A DNA stretch of 64,000 nucleotides from Octopus sinensis (taxonomy: Eukaryota). Location: contig NC_043000.1 in assembly GCF_006345805.1 (NCBI RefSeq), positions 40,176,001-40,240,000 on the forward strand, read 5' to 3'. This document shows positions 23,641 through 36,504 of this stretch, piece after piece. The notes beneath the pieces were generated by a model that saw only the letters and a program-made list of their open reading frames with translations, did not search any database and had not been told where the DNA came from. Position numbers and translations under genes: made by a program. Each line of letters begins with the position of its first letter. The stretch's first letter is position 1.

Positions 23641-24792
23641 CCATCAGTTTGCTAATAAATACTTCAATCGGACAATCACCTCTACCAACACAATCACCAC
23701 CACCATTATTATCAGTCTAATTGTATCACCAATCCCTACTGCTCTTACTGCAGTCACGACATCTACCGTCGCTCCTTGCTACCCCACCCATAAATTCTAA
23801 TTCTGTCACATGTCGTTGCTGCTATCCACCAACCCCCACCGATCACAACAAGACTAACAACAAAACCACTACCACCACCACCACCACCACCACAACCACC
23901 ACCACTACCACCACCACCACCACCACCAACGCCGCCGCCACCATATCCAGCACCCCACCGCCACCACCACTCCACTGCTTTCTTTGACACTGGTGACTTG
24001 GGATAAGGTAAAGTGATAAAGCGATTGTGTGGGCGTATGAGTATAATAGATAACGTGTATGTGACTGTGTTTATATGAGTACGTTTCTTTTTCCATTAAT
24101 GTTTATATTGTGTGTGTCCATTTTAGGTGTGTCTGTCTGTGTGTTTATATGTGTATAGGCGGATGTGTATATATTTGTTTGTACGCATGCGCGCACATAT
24201 GTATATGTTTGTTTGTGTGCGTACGCGCATGTGTGTGTGTGTGTATGTGTGCATGGGCGTGTCTGTATGGGCATGTGTTTATCTAAGTATATAATTTTAT
24301 GTGCATTCATATGCATATGTGTATAGGAATGGCGAGTCTCTGTATCAAGGTGATTGTGCATGTTGTAGAATGCACAATATGCGCATGTCTGTTTATATTT
24401 TAGAGCGTATGTATACATGTGTCTTTCTGTGTGCAAGTATATGTATGTATATATTTGAGAGAGAGAGAGAGAGAGAGAGAGAATGGAAAGGAAGAGGAAG
24501 AAAAAAGAGAAATGGAAGGAAGGAGAGAAAGAGAGTGAAAACTTGTGAGAGAGTAAGTAAGTGAGTAAGAAAGGTGTCAACAGTGTCTGCAAAAGTCTCG
24601 TATGTAAATGCAATAACAGAACGAATTATAATACAAGCAACAGTAGCAGCATTACCAACAGCAATAACTCCACCATCTCAGAGGGTGCAGCATGGCATGC
24701 TAGAGATAGCAGTAAGATCTTTCTTAATTGACATCCGATGTCTTAGAAAATGACACACTGGATAAGGCGGTTTTGAGTCCTTTGCACGGATT

Positions 24793-25570
24793 TTTTCTGT
24801 TTGGCTGCCAGCGACTCCAAAAATTAAAGTTTACCGAAAATTATAAAATTTGGCACAATAAGAGACTTGCCCAAACAGAATTGCTGGAGTTATTTAATTT
24901 TTTTTTCCAGAAAAATGTTTTTAAAACGTTATAGAGGTTTAAAGTTTGATCGTTTTCACCCAATCAGGAAGCAAGATTTGGAAGCTGTCATATTCTCTCG
25001 TCAACATCCTGAAAATAGCAAGTGTTGTCAATATTTGTAAACAACATATGTTATGTCTCCGGTAATTTTCTTTTATGTAAATGAATATTATTTAGCTACT
25101 ATTTTTAGCACGAAAGTTCTCCGGTAATTTTTTTTCGTGTAAATAAATGTTTGTGTTAATTCAAAAGAGAAAAACGGTTAGTCTTAAATCTCTGAGCGAG
25201 ATGTTGGCAAATAAACTTTAATTTTAAAAGATTTATCGAAAAAAATCTTATTTAGCTGTTATTTTTAGCACACCTCACAACCACCTGAATGCTCAATGAC
25301 AAAAAGAAACGAGTAAACAAGACTGCTGTCAACAGGCAAAGGAGTTCCCATGTGTCCGCTTGTTACTATCAAAGCAGGCAGGAATGTGTCTGTGGCTTAT
25401 GATTGGCTAAAATTATCAAAATGTTCAAACTTTAATTGCTAATAACTCTTTATTTATTGATTTATAGCGAAGATTACGTTCACGTCATTAAAAGTGTATC
25501 ATTACGCTGAATATGAAATCAATTCGAACAGAAAATTGACGTTAGCAGCTGCTGGCAACCAAACAGAAAA
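24793..25570. mobile_element. Non-autonomous DNA transposon with long imperfect TIRs
   Basis: TTTTCTGTTTGGCTGCCAGC vs GCTGGCAACCAAACAGAAAA, plus an inner mirrored block (TAAAGTTTGA...CCAATCA vs TGATTGG...TCAAACTTTA). Confidence 0.65.
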
Positions 25571-26029
25571 GACCCATAGAAAAAAAAAGTGAGATAGCTA
25601 CGACTCGGATGCTTATGATCATAGATCTACTTGAATATGGCTTACTTACAGCTACACAACGACAATAACAACAACAACAAGACAGCCTCTACGAGGTCGC
25701 TCGTCCTACGAGAGATAACTGGCATTTTCTTCAAATTGTAACTTAATGTTTATTTTACAAAAGGGAAGATGCAATAGGTAATGCAGTCCTAGATCCGCTA
25801 TGGCTGAAAAAAGATGGGATGGTCAATACTGGAACGTCTCTGATCGTAGGTATGCTCAGATGTGACTTTAGTCTAAACAACAAAAGCCTCCACCAAAGGA
25901 TTCTCTACGCAGTCGATTGACCTCGAAGAAACAGCGCTCAAATCTTATTCAAATCACTACCCTACCGTCTTATTAAGGAAAAGATGCTATAATGTAGTTC
26001 AAGATAACTGAAAGAAGAATTGATGACCA

Positions 26030-26185
26030 CGGTGGCTATGTGGTAAGTAGCTTGCTTCTCAACCACATGATTTCGGGTTTAATCCCACTGTGTAGCACCT
26101 TGGGCAAGTGACTTCTACTATAGCCTCGGGCCAACCAAACTCTTGTAGATGGATTTGGTAGATGGAAACTGAAAGAAGCTCGTCG

Positions 26186-26190
<5 letters not shown>
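26030..26190 (+). mobile_element. tRNA-derived SINE family C, 5' half (CORE-like CCTTGGGCAAG block)
   Basis: tRNA-like head, GCACCTTGGGCAAGTGACTT block, followed by a microsatellite. Confidence 0.75.
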
Positions 26191-26220
<30 letters not shown>

Positions 26221-27099
26221 TATATATATGTATGTATGTGTGTGTGTGTGTGTGTGGTGTGTGTGTGTGTGTGTGTGTTGTGTGTGTGTGTGTGTTTGTG
26301 TGTGTGTGTTAATGTTTAATGGAAGGATTGTATATTCGTATATAATATTATATATCTTTTTAGTGCATGGTGAAGAGATGATGTTTCGAGAATCCCGATG
26401 TGTACGAAAGCATCTAGTACACGCTAACGAAGAGAGTGTTGCAAGGAATTGTCGAAGGGTAAAAAAAAGGAAGTGACAGCAATTGACTGTGCGTTGATAA
26501 AGACATTGCTACAAAAATTGCTCGAAGACTAAGCAATACAAATTTAATGGCTGAATCTCGAAGGGATGTAAACGAAACAAAAAAGAACACATTTATTTGC
26601 ATGAGTAGCAGTGGCGTCATCTTCTGGTAGTTTCTTAAGGCTTTTTATGAGGATGTTAATGTTATTCAGTAAGCTTTTCTAAAACTGGGAGGTATCAGCT
26701 ATATTGTATAGGTATCTTGCAAACCAATACTTATATTGTATAGGTATCTGCAAACGGTATCAGCTAAATAGTATGAATGTGATTCGTTCTATAAGTCAAA
26801 CATATCAATGGAGGAGATGAACGTAAAACCGTTCAAGTAAACAAGATCTACAGCTTCATCAGCAGTGGACATCTTGACATAGTTTAACGTAAACACGCGC
26901 GCAGGCGTATGCACACCATGATATGAAGAACAGTCCATGATGCAATTGCAACATGAAAATGTTACTAGTGATAAAAGTGTAGTCTGTGACACATTTGTAA
27001 CATAAAATAATATTGATGCCGTTGTAAGATCGGGTGCACGATGCATTTGTAACAAAAATAATGACGCCACTAACAGACTTATGACACAAGGTGCAACCT

Positions 27100-27310
27100 A
27101 AGGCGGTGAGCTGGCAAGAATCGTTAGCGCATCGGACATAAATGCTTAGCGGTATTTCTTCCGGCTCTTTATGTTCTGAGCTCAAATCTCGCCGAGGTCA
27201 ACTTTGTCTCTCATACTTTCGGGAAAAATAAGGTACGAGTTAACTACAGAGGTCGATGTCATTGACTAAACCTCATCCTCTAACATTCATGGCCTGTGCT
27301 AAAATTTGAG
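27100..27310 (+). mobile_element. tRNA-derived SINE, family A
   Basis: Aligns with 22815-23020. Confidence 0.8.
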
Positions 27311-29165
27311 ATGTTAGCTGCAATCAGTTAAATGAAACCGACCGGTCAAAAAAGCATTTTTCATTTTCATATGCATTTTTTTAATATTTTAAACTTGGGT
27401 CTACACCTGATAGTATGCCGATTAAAGCACGTTCACTGTCTGCGGCTACCGAATGTCATCATCAGCAATGATATAAGTACCACTGCATTTACTTCAGAAT
27501 TCACGAGATTCTTTATTAATCACAACGATCGTTTCGACTCATCTTGCATCGGTCCCTCGTGGATGAGAGTCTTGACAACTGGTTGTAGTCCTTCCTTCGG
27601 TGTAAATGTGTCTCGTTGGTTGACTTTTCAAAAGGTACCTCGCTCAATAAACTTTTTTTACATTTTCTTTCTTCTTTTCTTCGGTGCAATGGATATCAGA
27701 GTATGTTGCTAATGTTTATGTACCTCCATTTCTTTTCGTCCTGTGTTCAAATCTCATCACTGTCGAATTTGCCTTTTATTCATCCGAGGCTGATAAAATG
27801 AAAACCAGGCCAGTTCTTATTTGGGTGGTGAAACTGGTTGACTAAAGCACCTCATTTCAGGATTTCTGACATTGGGCCAAAGCTAGAAATCATATTACTG
27901 TTTGTCGTCATGACAGTCAACAAGTAAGTGGGACAAATTTGGAAACACTATGACAGGAACAACAACCACAACGACAACAACAAGAAGATCAACAGCTACA
28001 ATGATAATGGTAATGATGATAATAACAATGCAAAGAAAACGTATACACAATAGATAATTTGTCGCTCATTAACCAACCTCTTTTTCTACAACAGTAAATA
28101 CGAGAGAATATGTCAAAGGGCTATTAACTTTTAAACGAAATATTAGATGTGTGTGTGCGCGCATGTGCGTATGTATTTATGTGTATATGTATGTACGTAA
28201 GCGCATGTATGCATATATATATATATATACACATACATACATGCATATATACATATACGTGCACACATAATATGTATATATGGATGTATAAATATATAGG
28301 TATATGCACACACAAACACATACATATTAGTGCACACGTTACAAATGTATATATATGTACACACACACAAACACATTTATATACATATACGCAAACAAGC
28401 AGAATCACAGACATCTCTGCAAAAGTCAGGTGACGGTGACCTCTTCAAAGGTCACTGATGTCAATGATGTCACAATGTGTTTAAAATGTATGTCGGAAAC
28501 CTACAGCTTTTCTATACATAGCTGCCATCTGGTGGCATTACTATATTAAAAACTGTCGTCTGACTCTACAAAAATGTGTGGAAAACCAATTTGACAAACT
28601 TCAGAAACGAAAAGATTATATACATTGACATCCGGGCTCTTAATTTTGATACTGTATATTACAAGGTTTGAATTAAAATATGTCATATGAGAATACTAAA
28701 TAGCTTGTCTGAGTAAGCATATTAGGGTTTCGACTTACGTTTGGGGTTAGTGTAAGAGTCATAGTTAGGGTTATTTGTAGGGAGTGGTTCTTCGGATTCT
28801 CACTGAGCGTCAGTGTTAATTCTATGATCAGGTTTAGGTCGGGTATAATTGGTTAGCGGTTAAGAGTTTCTGGTAAGGTTAAGGTTAGTGTTTCTGTTAT
28901 TTGGAGTTAGGAGTAATAGGTTAGTATTTTTGTAGTATGGGGTTAGTAACTCAGATTTGTATTTCTGTAGTTAGAATTTAAGACAGCGTTCCCCAATCGG
29001 AACTACGTGGAGCCCAAGTATTCCACAATAGATTGCTTAAAGTTCTGTGAGAAATAGTGATGAATAGACGAAGGTGAATTATAAGAAAATGCATTTTGGG
29101 TAATATTTGTGTTTACCTCTATATTCGTAATTTTATTATTTATGTATGGCATGTTCCATAAAGTA

Positions 29166-29435
29166 AAGGCACGTGGCCTAGTGGTTAGGATGATGCCCTC
29201 ACGATCGCTAGATCGTTAGTTTCGATTTCCAGGCTGAGTAGAGGATTGTGTTCTTCGGCAAAACACTTCATTTCCCGTTGCTCAAGTTCTCCTTCTGATC
29301 AGGCGGATGGGATGTTGGTCTGCTCATATAGCCAGCGATGTGGCGTCATTTGAAGGCTAAAACGATGCAAAGTGCATTGTGGTCAGTGATGTGTAACAGC
29401 ATCTGATAGTCTGGGCGGTCACGTGATCACGTGAT
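29166..29435 (+). mobile_element. tRNA-derived SINE with a CORE-like body and the family-B tail
   Basis: A box TGGCCTAGTGG; TTGTGTTCTTCGGCAAAACACTT block; 3' part matches the 7128/61011 tail and ends CACGTGATCACGTGAT. Confidence 0.75.
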
Positions 29436-29707
29436 ATTCCACGACGTTGGGAAATCATGGTATCAGAGGGCAGTAAAGCAACCTTACGCAAAAAAAGATT
29501 ACTAATTAGGGAATTTGGTCTGAACAAGGTTTTGATTAAAATGAAGTTTCTTAAACGCTAATTCGGGCATGTGATGGTTTTACTCCTGCCAAAAACATTC
29601 AAACATTCATCCGTCCTTCCATCTTCTTCCCCAGGCACTTCCTTCATAGGGTCTTATCAGAAGAAACACCTCTTATAATATATGACCATATATTAAAACT
29701 CCAATAC

Positions 29708-30365
29708 CACTGGTCAACAGCCAATTTTCATCAGGGATATTATATGGTGTCTTATGTGTTGTTTTGTCCGCAGATTTCAAAAATGTAATCGGTTTCCTTC
29801 TATCAGGCACAGTTTTTCTGATGAGATAAGAGTGGTATATAACTCCCATCAGCAATATCGCTACATGTAAACATCTTATACAGGTAAATTCTGACTTCTG
29901 TTTTATAACTATTTGTATTCATTTTGTAATTTTATGTTTTCATAATCTTTTCTTTCCATAAATTTTACTTTCAGTTTAAGGTGCCAAGTCATCATCATCA
30001 TAAAATTCTACTCAGGATGTCAAGGTATTGCAAGAACAGTCTTGATATATTTTGTCATGTCTGTGGTTCATTTACCACCAAAGCTCAGCAACGTGCCATC
30101 ACAAGTGAAATCAAGATCTACCAGTTATACTTTGGCTGCTCTCTCGGGGATCAAGATAAGAGTTGGGCCCCGCACATCATCTGCTCAGCTTGTTCAAATG
30201 GACTAAGGGATTGGCTAAATAAGAGGAAGAGAGCAATACCGTTTGCAATACCTATGATATGGAGAGAGCCAAAGGATCATTTCATGGACTGTTATTTCTG
30301 CAACGTTAATGTATGTGGGTTTACTGTGAAGATCAAGCATAAGATTGTGTATCCCAATATTGATT
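29708..30365 (+). mobile_element. 5' part of a DNA transposon, probably CMC/Chapaev3-like
   Basis: Starts CACTGGTCAACA; Cys-rich transposase N-terminus follows; 3' part and right TIR absent. Family name is from recalled protein similarity. Confidence 0.65.
30017..30362 (+). pseudogene. Truncated transposase N-terminal zinc-binding domain
   Basis: MSRYCKNSLDIFCHVCGSFTTKAQQRAIT...YFGCSLGDQDKSWAPHIICSAC...PFAIPMIWREPKDHFMDCYFC...KHKIVYPNI; open until another repeat replaces it. Confidence 0.8.
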
Positions 30366-30849
30366 GTGGAAAATTTTCGAATTTTTTATTGCCCACGAGG
30401 AGCTGCGCCTGCGAAGTAGATTTGAAAAAAGTTAGGATGTATAAAAAAAAGGCATATAATTGATTGCCTCGTGTTTATATATTTCATCTGAGGTGTACCT
30501 GTTGATGACGATTTCACCTAGTAAATTATCTTATTTGCTAAACACAAATCAGAAACCAACTGGTCCAGAAAAATAGATGGTAAAAGTTTTTATTTTTCAT
30601 TTCGTTCCTTTCGGGATTTTATCCCTAATTTTGTGGTTTTAGAACCTAGCTGTTATTTCTAGCGTGGTGAATCCCATGAGTGGATTCCTATTATGTGTTT
30701 AAATATACACTGTATTTTATGAATAATACATAGTCTTCGGACTAAATTTATACATGCTAGGCCACTGGAAGTGAAAATTTCTATTAATTTCCATTTCCGT
30801 TCGATATGAGAATATATATATATATATATATATCATCATCATGTTGGAC

Positions 30850-31040
30850 CGTTAATTTCTGTATATATTTTCTCTTTCCGTTCTTTTCTTTCGATCTCTC
30901 TATTTTTTCCTCTCAGTCCTCTGTTCAGCGCAGGCTCGAAATGTCAAAGACTTTTCCATTCTTCCCGAGCGTTAAACTGGTACACACGCTTTTTCTTCCT
31001 TCTTCTGTCTTCGTCTTTTGTTTTCTGTAAACTTGAACTA
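30850..31040 (+). mobile_element. Penelope-like pLTR fragment with a degenerate hammerhead
   Basis: CTCTGTTCAGCGCAGGCTCGAAATGTCAAAGAC aligns with the 54781-54818 hammerhead family. Confidence 0.55.
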
Positions 31041-31056
31041 TATATATATATATATA

Positions 31057-31140
<84 letters not shown>

Positions 31141-31142
31141 CA

Positions 31143-32340
31143 CACATTAGATAATGGCTTGTTTTATCCTTACCATAAGCTTAATAAAGCCATTAAGTTT
31201 ATCCACGCCTTATCAAATCATCCCCAAAGTGTTATTAATGGAGTAGCCAAAGGAGTATCGATCAGAATCTCTAACTTATCTGCTAACGAAAAGATTTTTT
31301 ATAACATTGCATCCTTTTTAATACAGTATTGAAGGGCAGTGGATTCAGTTTCTTGCGAAATTAAACATTGGCATCCCTCCCGTGAACAACCCCACTGAGC
31401 ATCAGAATCAACACATTAATAGAAGACACTAATTAATTTAAATATAATAATAATAATAATAAATATACTGGGCAGAGTAGGAACAACTCGGTGAGGAAAC
31501 GGGTAATTATCTGGTTTACACTTCCTTTTTCCCTCCAAGTCAGAAACCTCCCTAAATCATTTTTTATGATTATTGACAGTAATTTCCCATTAGGTCATAA
31601 ATATCATCCCATTTTAATAGATCCTGTCTTAAATTATCGCACTCAACCACGCCCAATCTAGGATCTATAATTGCGGCCAATAATAGATTTAAACATAGAA
31701 ATAATAGTATTGATAGAGATAGCAATATAGCTGACCATAATATGAACAATAATAAGAATCCTGATATTAAAAATATAAAGGTGAAGCATGGAAATAAAAC
31801 ATGTAATATCCGTTACCGAGAGTTATGTCCCTTAAAGGGATTCTGTTTAAGGAGAAATGTCATATATAAAGTTGAGGTTTCAATCCTAAGTGAATCAAAA
31901 AAGATATATATAGGAAGCACGACTAATTTTAAGACTAGATATAGTCAAGATATTAAGACTAGATATAGACAAATTCCTTTATTAATCAAGAAATAAAAAA
32001 TTCAACTGCACTAGCTACCCACATTAATAAATTAAAAATGCGCAATAAAGAATTCAGTCTAGATTGGTCTATTATAACGGAAATCACACCATACAATACA
32101 CACATCAGAAACTTAAAATTATGCACAAAAGAAGCGATCTATATACTCCGTGCTGACAAAAAAAATTACTTAACAAGATCTCAGCTGTCATTATTCTTTG
32201 TAGAAATAAATATTTGCCAACTTTTAAATTTTTTTCCCCATAAAAAAAAAAGAAAACTAATAATTAGTTTATATGATTTTAACCTAGTTACTCTATGTAT
32301 TTGGATTCATCTTAAAACACTATTATCTATAGCTTCATAA
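31143..32340 (+). mobile_element. 5'-truncated Naiad-type Penelope-like element (RT thumb, linker, GIY-YIG)
   Basis: FYPYHKLNKAIKFIHALSNHPQSVI; RKRVIIWFTLPFS...HKYHPIFNR; C-N-I-x5-C-x5-C; VIYKVEV...IYIGST; LCTKEAIYIL. Frameshifted. Confidence 0.88.
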
Positions 32341-33049
32341 TCTATTTAAACATGTAACTTTCGCTCTTATTATATAATCCACCTGAACAAGATGTTCCGA
32401 AATTCCGCTCATTCTGGAGTTCGGTTGTACTTTTTGCTGTTTGGTGAGTGTATTATTGAACCTGTTATTGAACTTGTTACGTTTTGTGTTGTTGAAAAAA
32501 CTGTTGCAACTTCTTGTGGCAGTTCTTTTGTTATAATTCCCCCTTGTTTGAAGGGGGAATCATTGTTTTTCTGTGGGGTGTTAGCCCAAATTTACGCGGT
32601 GTGTAGCCGTAATTTTGTGGGGCATTTTGATCATTACTTTCATTTTTGTGGGGCGTCAGCCCAAATCCTTTGAAAAAATGTGCGACTCTGTTGAGTCTGG
32701 AAATAAGGAAGCAGTGGATATACTAGCTTTAGTAACGTCTCCGGTGCAGCTGCACCAAAAATTAATTTTGCTGCAACAGCAGGAATAACCAAAAGAAATC
32801 TTAATACCAATTTAAATGAAATAATGAAGTTTAAAAGGATACTAAAAAAGGAGAGGCTCGAAGTTCAAATAGCCTCTCCAAGCGTAATCTTTGACCAAAC
32901 GAATAGAACAACAGTCATCTACAAAACTTTTATCGTAAAAAATAAGAGACTTGATTTGGCGACGAGAGAGGCGATGAAAAAGTGTCATAGACCAATTTGG
33001 TCTGACATAAATTATATAACCCGGACATAAATTATATAACACAGTTTAC

Positions 33050-33685
33050 TGCCATTGAGGTGAGATTCTACAGTGAAGAGAAATTCAAGCAGCATTCAAG
33101 ATTGTGACCTGTAAGCACGACACAGATAGGTTACATAGGCAAGGCTCCGGCTACTGGAAACTCAATACGTCTCTTTTAGCGGATGACAAGTACAGGAGCC
33201 AGATTAAGTTGTTAGTGCAGAGCGTACCATTAAGAATAATAAATGGTGATATGCCCTCAAACGAGCCATAAAATTCGAGTCTATTAGATATAGTATAGGA
33301 CTAGTGGCTAAGGAGACTAGAAAAGAGAACGCTCTAGTTAAGGTACGAAGAGGCAATGAGGATTGGCTCTGCATCCCTGGTGTTGGCGAAGAGACCGGAA
33401 TTAAACCAGCACCTCGAAGCCAAACATATGGGACGCATTGTCAGAGCTAGACCCCGTGCAATGGGACGTGAGGGAATCAGGGCCGCTGGATGAGTCCGAG
33501 TAATAGAAGCTCAACGTGGCAATAATTCCACAATAAGATCCCGAGGAGATGTGCGAGACCTTTCAGGAGCGTTTCGCTCAGTTTTTCGGGAGGAGCGGTG
33601 GACTGGAGAGCAGGAGGGGCCTAACGGACTTCCTCGCCAGGCTGCCGCGACTCTCGGGGCAAGAAGCGGAGGGCTTTGAAGGTGT
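33050..33685 (+). mobile_element. L1/Tx1-like ORF2 internal fragment (end of APE and linker)
   Basis: GSGYWKLNTSLLADDKYRSQIKLLVQ, RIVRAR, and RLPRLS..EA motifs. Confidence 0.75.
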
Positions 33686-34654
33686 CACGTAAAATATACC
33701 CTCCTTCATTTTCTACAATGCTCCCCCATTTCTCTGGTAGACTTGCAAGGACCCTCTTCCAAAATTCAATTGTCTGTGACGAAAAATACTCCTCTAGTAC
33801 TATTCTGATCTCGTCTACATATAAAATTACAGGTAAAATTACTACCTGCTTTTATAGGAAGTTGATGCAGGTAGTTTATCCCGTCCCCCTCCGACTTTTA
33901 GTTCATGCAATTGAAAAAGCCCGTATTATTTATGGGATGACCCAACACACAAACACACACACACACACACACACATATTTCCGTTGGGCTTTCGCATAGT
34001 TTCTGTATGTCGAATTTCACTCATTGGAGGCATTGCTCAAATAGAGACTATGTTGGAAGACTCTTGGCCAAAGTGACGCGCAGTGTGTTCGAACCAGGAG
34101 ACACGTATTTCTTAACCAAACAATCAAGCATATCTCAATACTCCTAACATATATTACACTTTTCCTTTTATAGCAAATTACTTCATCAGTCTAGAATTCT
34201 GTGATATTGCTGGCGGCAATACATATTCCTCGTTGTTATTGCTTCTATTGACGATGGCAGAGGTTATTGGCTAATCGTGCCTAGGATTAAGAGGCCTGTG
34301 TGCACCATATGTCTAGAATCAAGTTGCTAATATCGTTGACCATGCTTTGGGTTAAGTAGCCTGTGTTGATATCTATAATTAGGGTTAAGTAATGTCCCTC
34401 TACATGCCAAGGGCTAAACAGCATCTTTCTTTAAAATTATGATTAAGTATGGGCGTATGAAGCACTGGAGGTATTGGTAGTGAGTGCAGTAATGTTAGGG
34501 TGTTGGTGGAGTCGTTGATGGTAATTACACTGATTATACTATTCATAGTAGTAAATGTAATACTCTTCGTGGTGGTGAATGTGGTGGCGATGGTGTTGGT
34601 AGAGTTATCATTTTACAATACACATGTTTGTGTGAGGTGTGGTGTCTGTTTGTG

Positions 34655-34701
<47 letters not shown>

Positions 34702-34805
34702 GTGCATGTGTGTGTGTGTGATATGTGTGCTCTGTACACATGTGTGGGTAAATTTGTGTGTATATGTACATAAACATTTAGTGGGGGCGTTTATGCGTAT
34801 GAGTA

Positions 34806-34871
<66 letters not shown>

Positions 34872-34974
34872 TGCATGAGTGTATGTACACGCGTGCGCAG
34901 CATCTCCAATCTTCTTCGTGCATACGGAAATATATAACACGAAGACAACACACACATCCATTATATATATAATT

Positions 34975-35049
<75 letters not shown>

Positions 35050-35179
35050 TATATACATGTGTGTATATATTTATTATATATTATTTAGTATATATATTTA
35101 ATATATATATATATATATATGTATGAAGATGTATGTATGTATATATATGTATGTATGTATATATATAGATGTATGTATG

Positions 35180-35233
<54 letters not shown>

Positions 35234-35234
35234 T

Positions 35235-35299
<65 letters not shown>

Positions 35300-35333
35300 T
35301 TTGTGTTGCAAGCTACCTGATGTGAAACAGATA

Positions 35334-35793
35334 TTGATGTATTTCGGGACGGTCATTTTATTATTATTATTCTTTTTTTTTTGTCAAATAAACACACGCA
35401 CTATATATTCGTTGTTCACTCATTTATTATTGTTCTTATTGTAACTCATTGTCTGGAAATCTTTCATCACACATCTGTGGCTTCTTCAGCGACATTTTCC
35501 GTCTTCGTGTTTGCTTCTGCTCCACTTATTCCATTCTGTGCTTTTATGAAGAAGAAGAGAACGGAATAAGAGAAATGAAAAAGAGAATGGAATAGAAGAA
35601 CAAAATGGAACAAGCGAAGGAAGAGCACACATGAAGATGGAAAGTGTCGTGGAAGAGGTCACAGATTTGTAATGAAAGATTCCCGGACAATGGACAATGG
35701 AGATGAGTTAGAATAGGAACAGCAACAAACGAGTGAAGAACGAATATATAGTGCGCCTGTTTGGCAAAAAATAAAATAGTGGCCATCCCGAAT

Positions 35794-35800
<7 letters not shown>
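35334..35800. repeat. ~470-bp fold-back made of two diverged inverted Penelope-like pLTR copies
   Basis: 35334-35525 is the reverse complement of ~35600-35800 with many substitutions; each arm carries a decayed CTGAAGA...GAAA hammerhead motif; (TA)n on both sides. Confidence 0.8.
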
Positions 35801-35859
<59 letters not shown>

Positions 35860-35871
<12 letters not shown>

Positions 35872-36223
35872 GGCAGTTTGTCTGTGTGTGTTTCTGTGTG
35901 TCTGTTAGGTTGTACCCTCACCCTGACCACGGCTTTCAACCGATTCTGATGAAACTTGACACACACATAGCCCAATGTCATAATTCAAAACTAACGCAGC
36001 GAAAATTTTGAAAAGTTCCCCCAGTTCTGAAAAAAATCGATAAATTCGACATGGGGTCGAGAATCAGAAACACAAACCACAGACTGTCTAGGGGACGCAA
36101 CTCGACCTTTTTAACTAAAAAAAATTACCATCATTCTTTTTCCAGTTTTTGGCTATAACTCTCTAAAAATGCTTTATAGTTATTTCCCTTACAAACCCGA
36201 GCAACGCCGGGCGATACTGCTAG
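35860..36223 (+). mobile_element. Non-autonomous Helitron
   Basis: Ends with hairpin CCCG-agcaacgc-CGGG (36196-36211) then CTAG (36220-36223) followed by T; 5' end merges into (TA)n...ATAAA. Confidence 0.85.
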
Positions 36224-36504
36224 TATATATATAAAGCAGAGAGATACACACATATCACATACAGACATGCATACAAGCAGGATTACACGGCGTTTCTCTG
36301 GCCGTAAAGTCAGTCTATATCATCCTGAATCGTGGGCATATTTAATTTAATAGAACATTATTGAATTTCTTTTGAAAATTTATTTCATGTGAAGAACCGA
36401 ATCTGTTCCCTACAATGTTCATGGCAATCTAGTTACTTATGCTGTTTGCTACTGATACGCGCTCAATAGTAATATTACGTAATACTATTATTTAAATGAC
36501 TTAC

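Noticed and set aside
32375-32410. CTGAACA...GAAA at the end of the Naiad copy as a hammerhead
   Set aside because: The core is mutated and stems I-III cannot be drawn convincingly.
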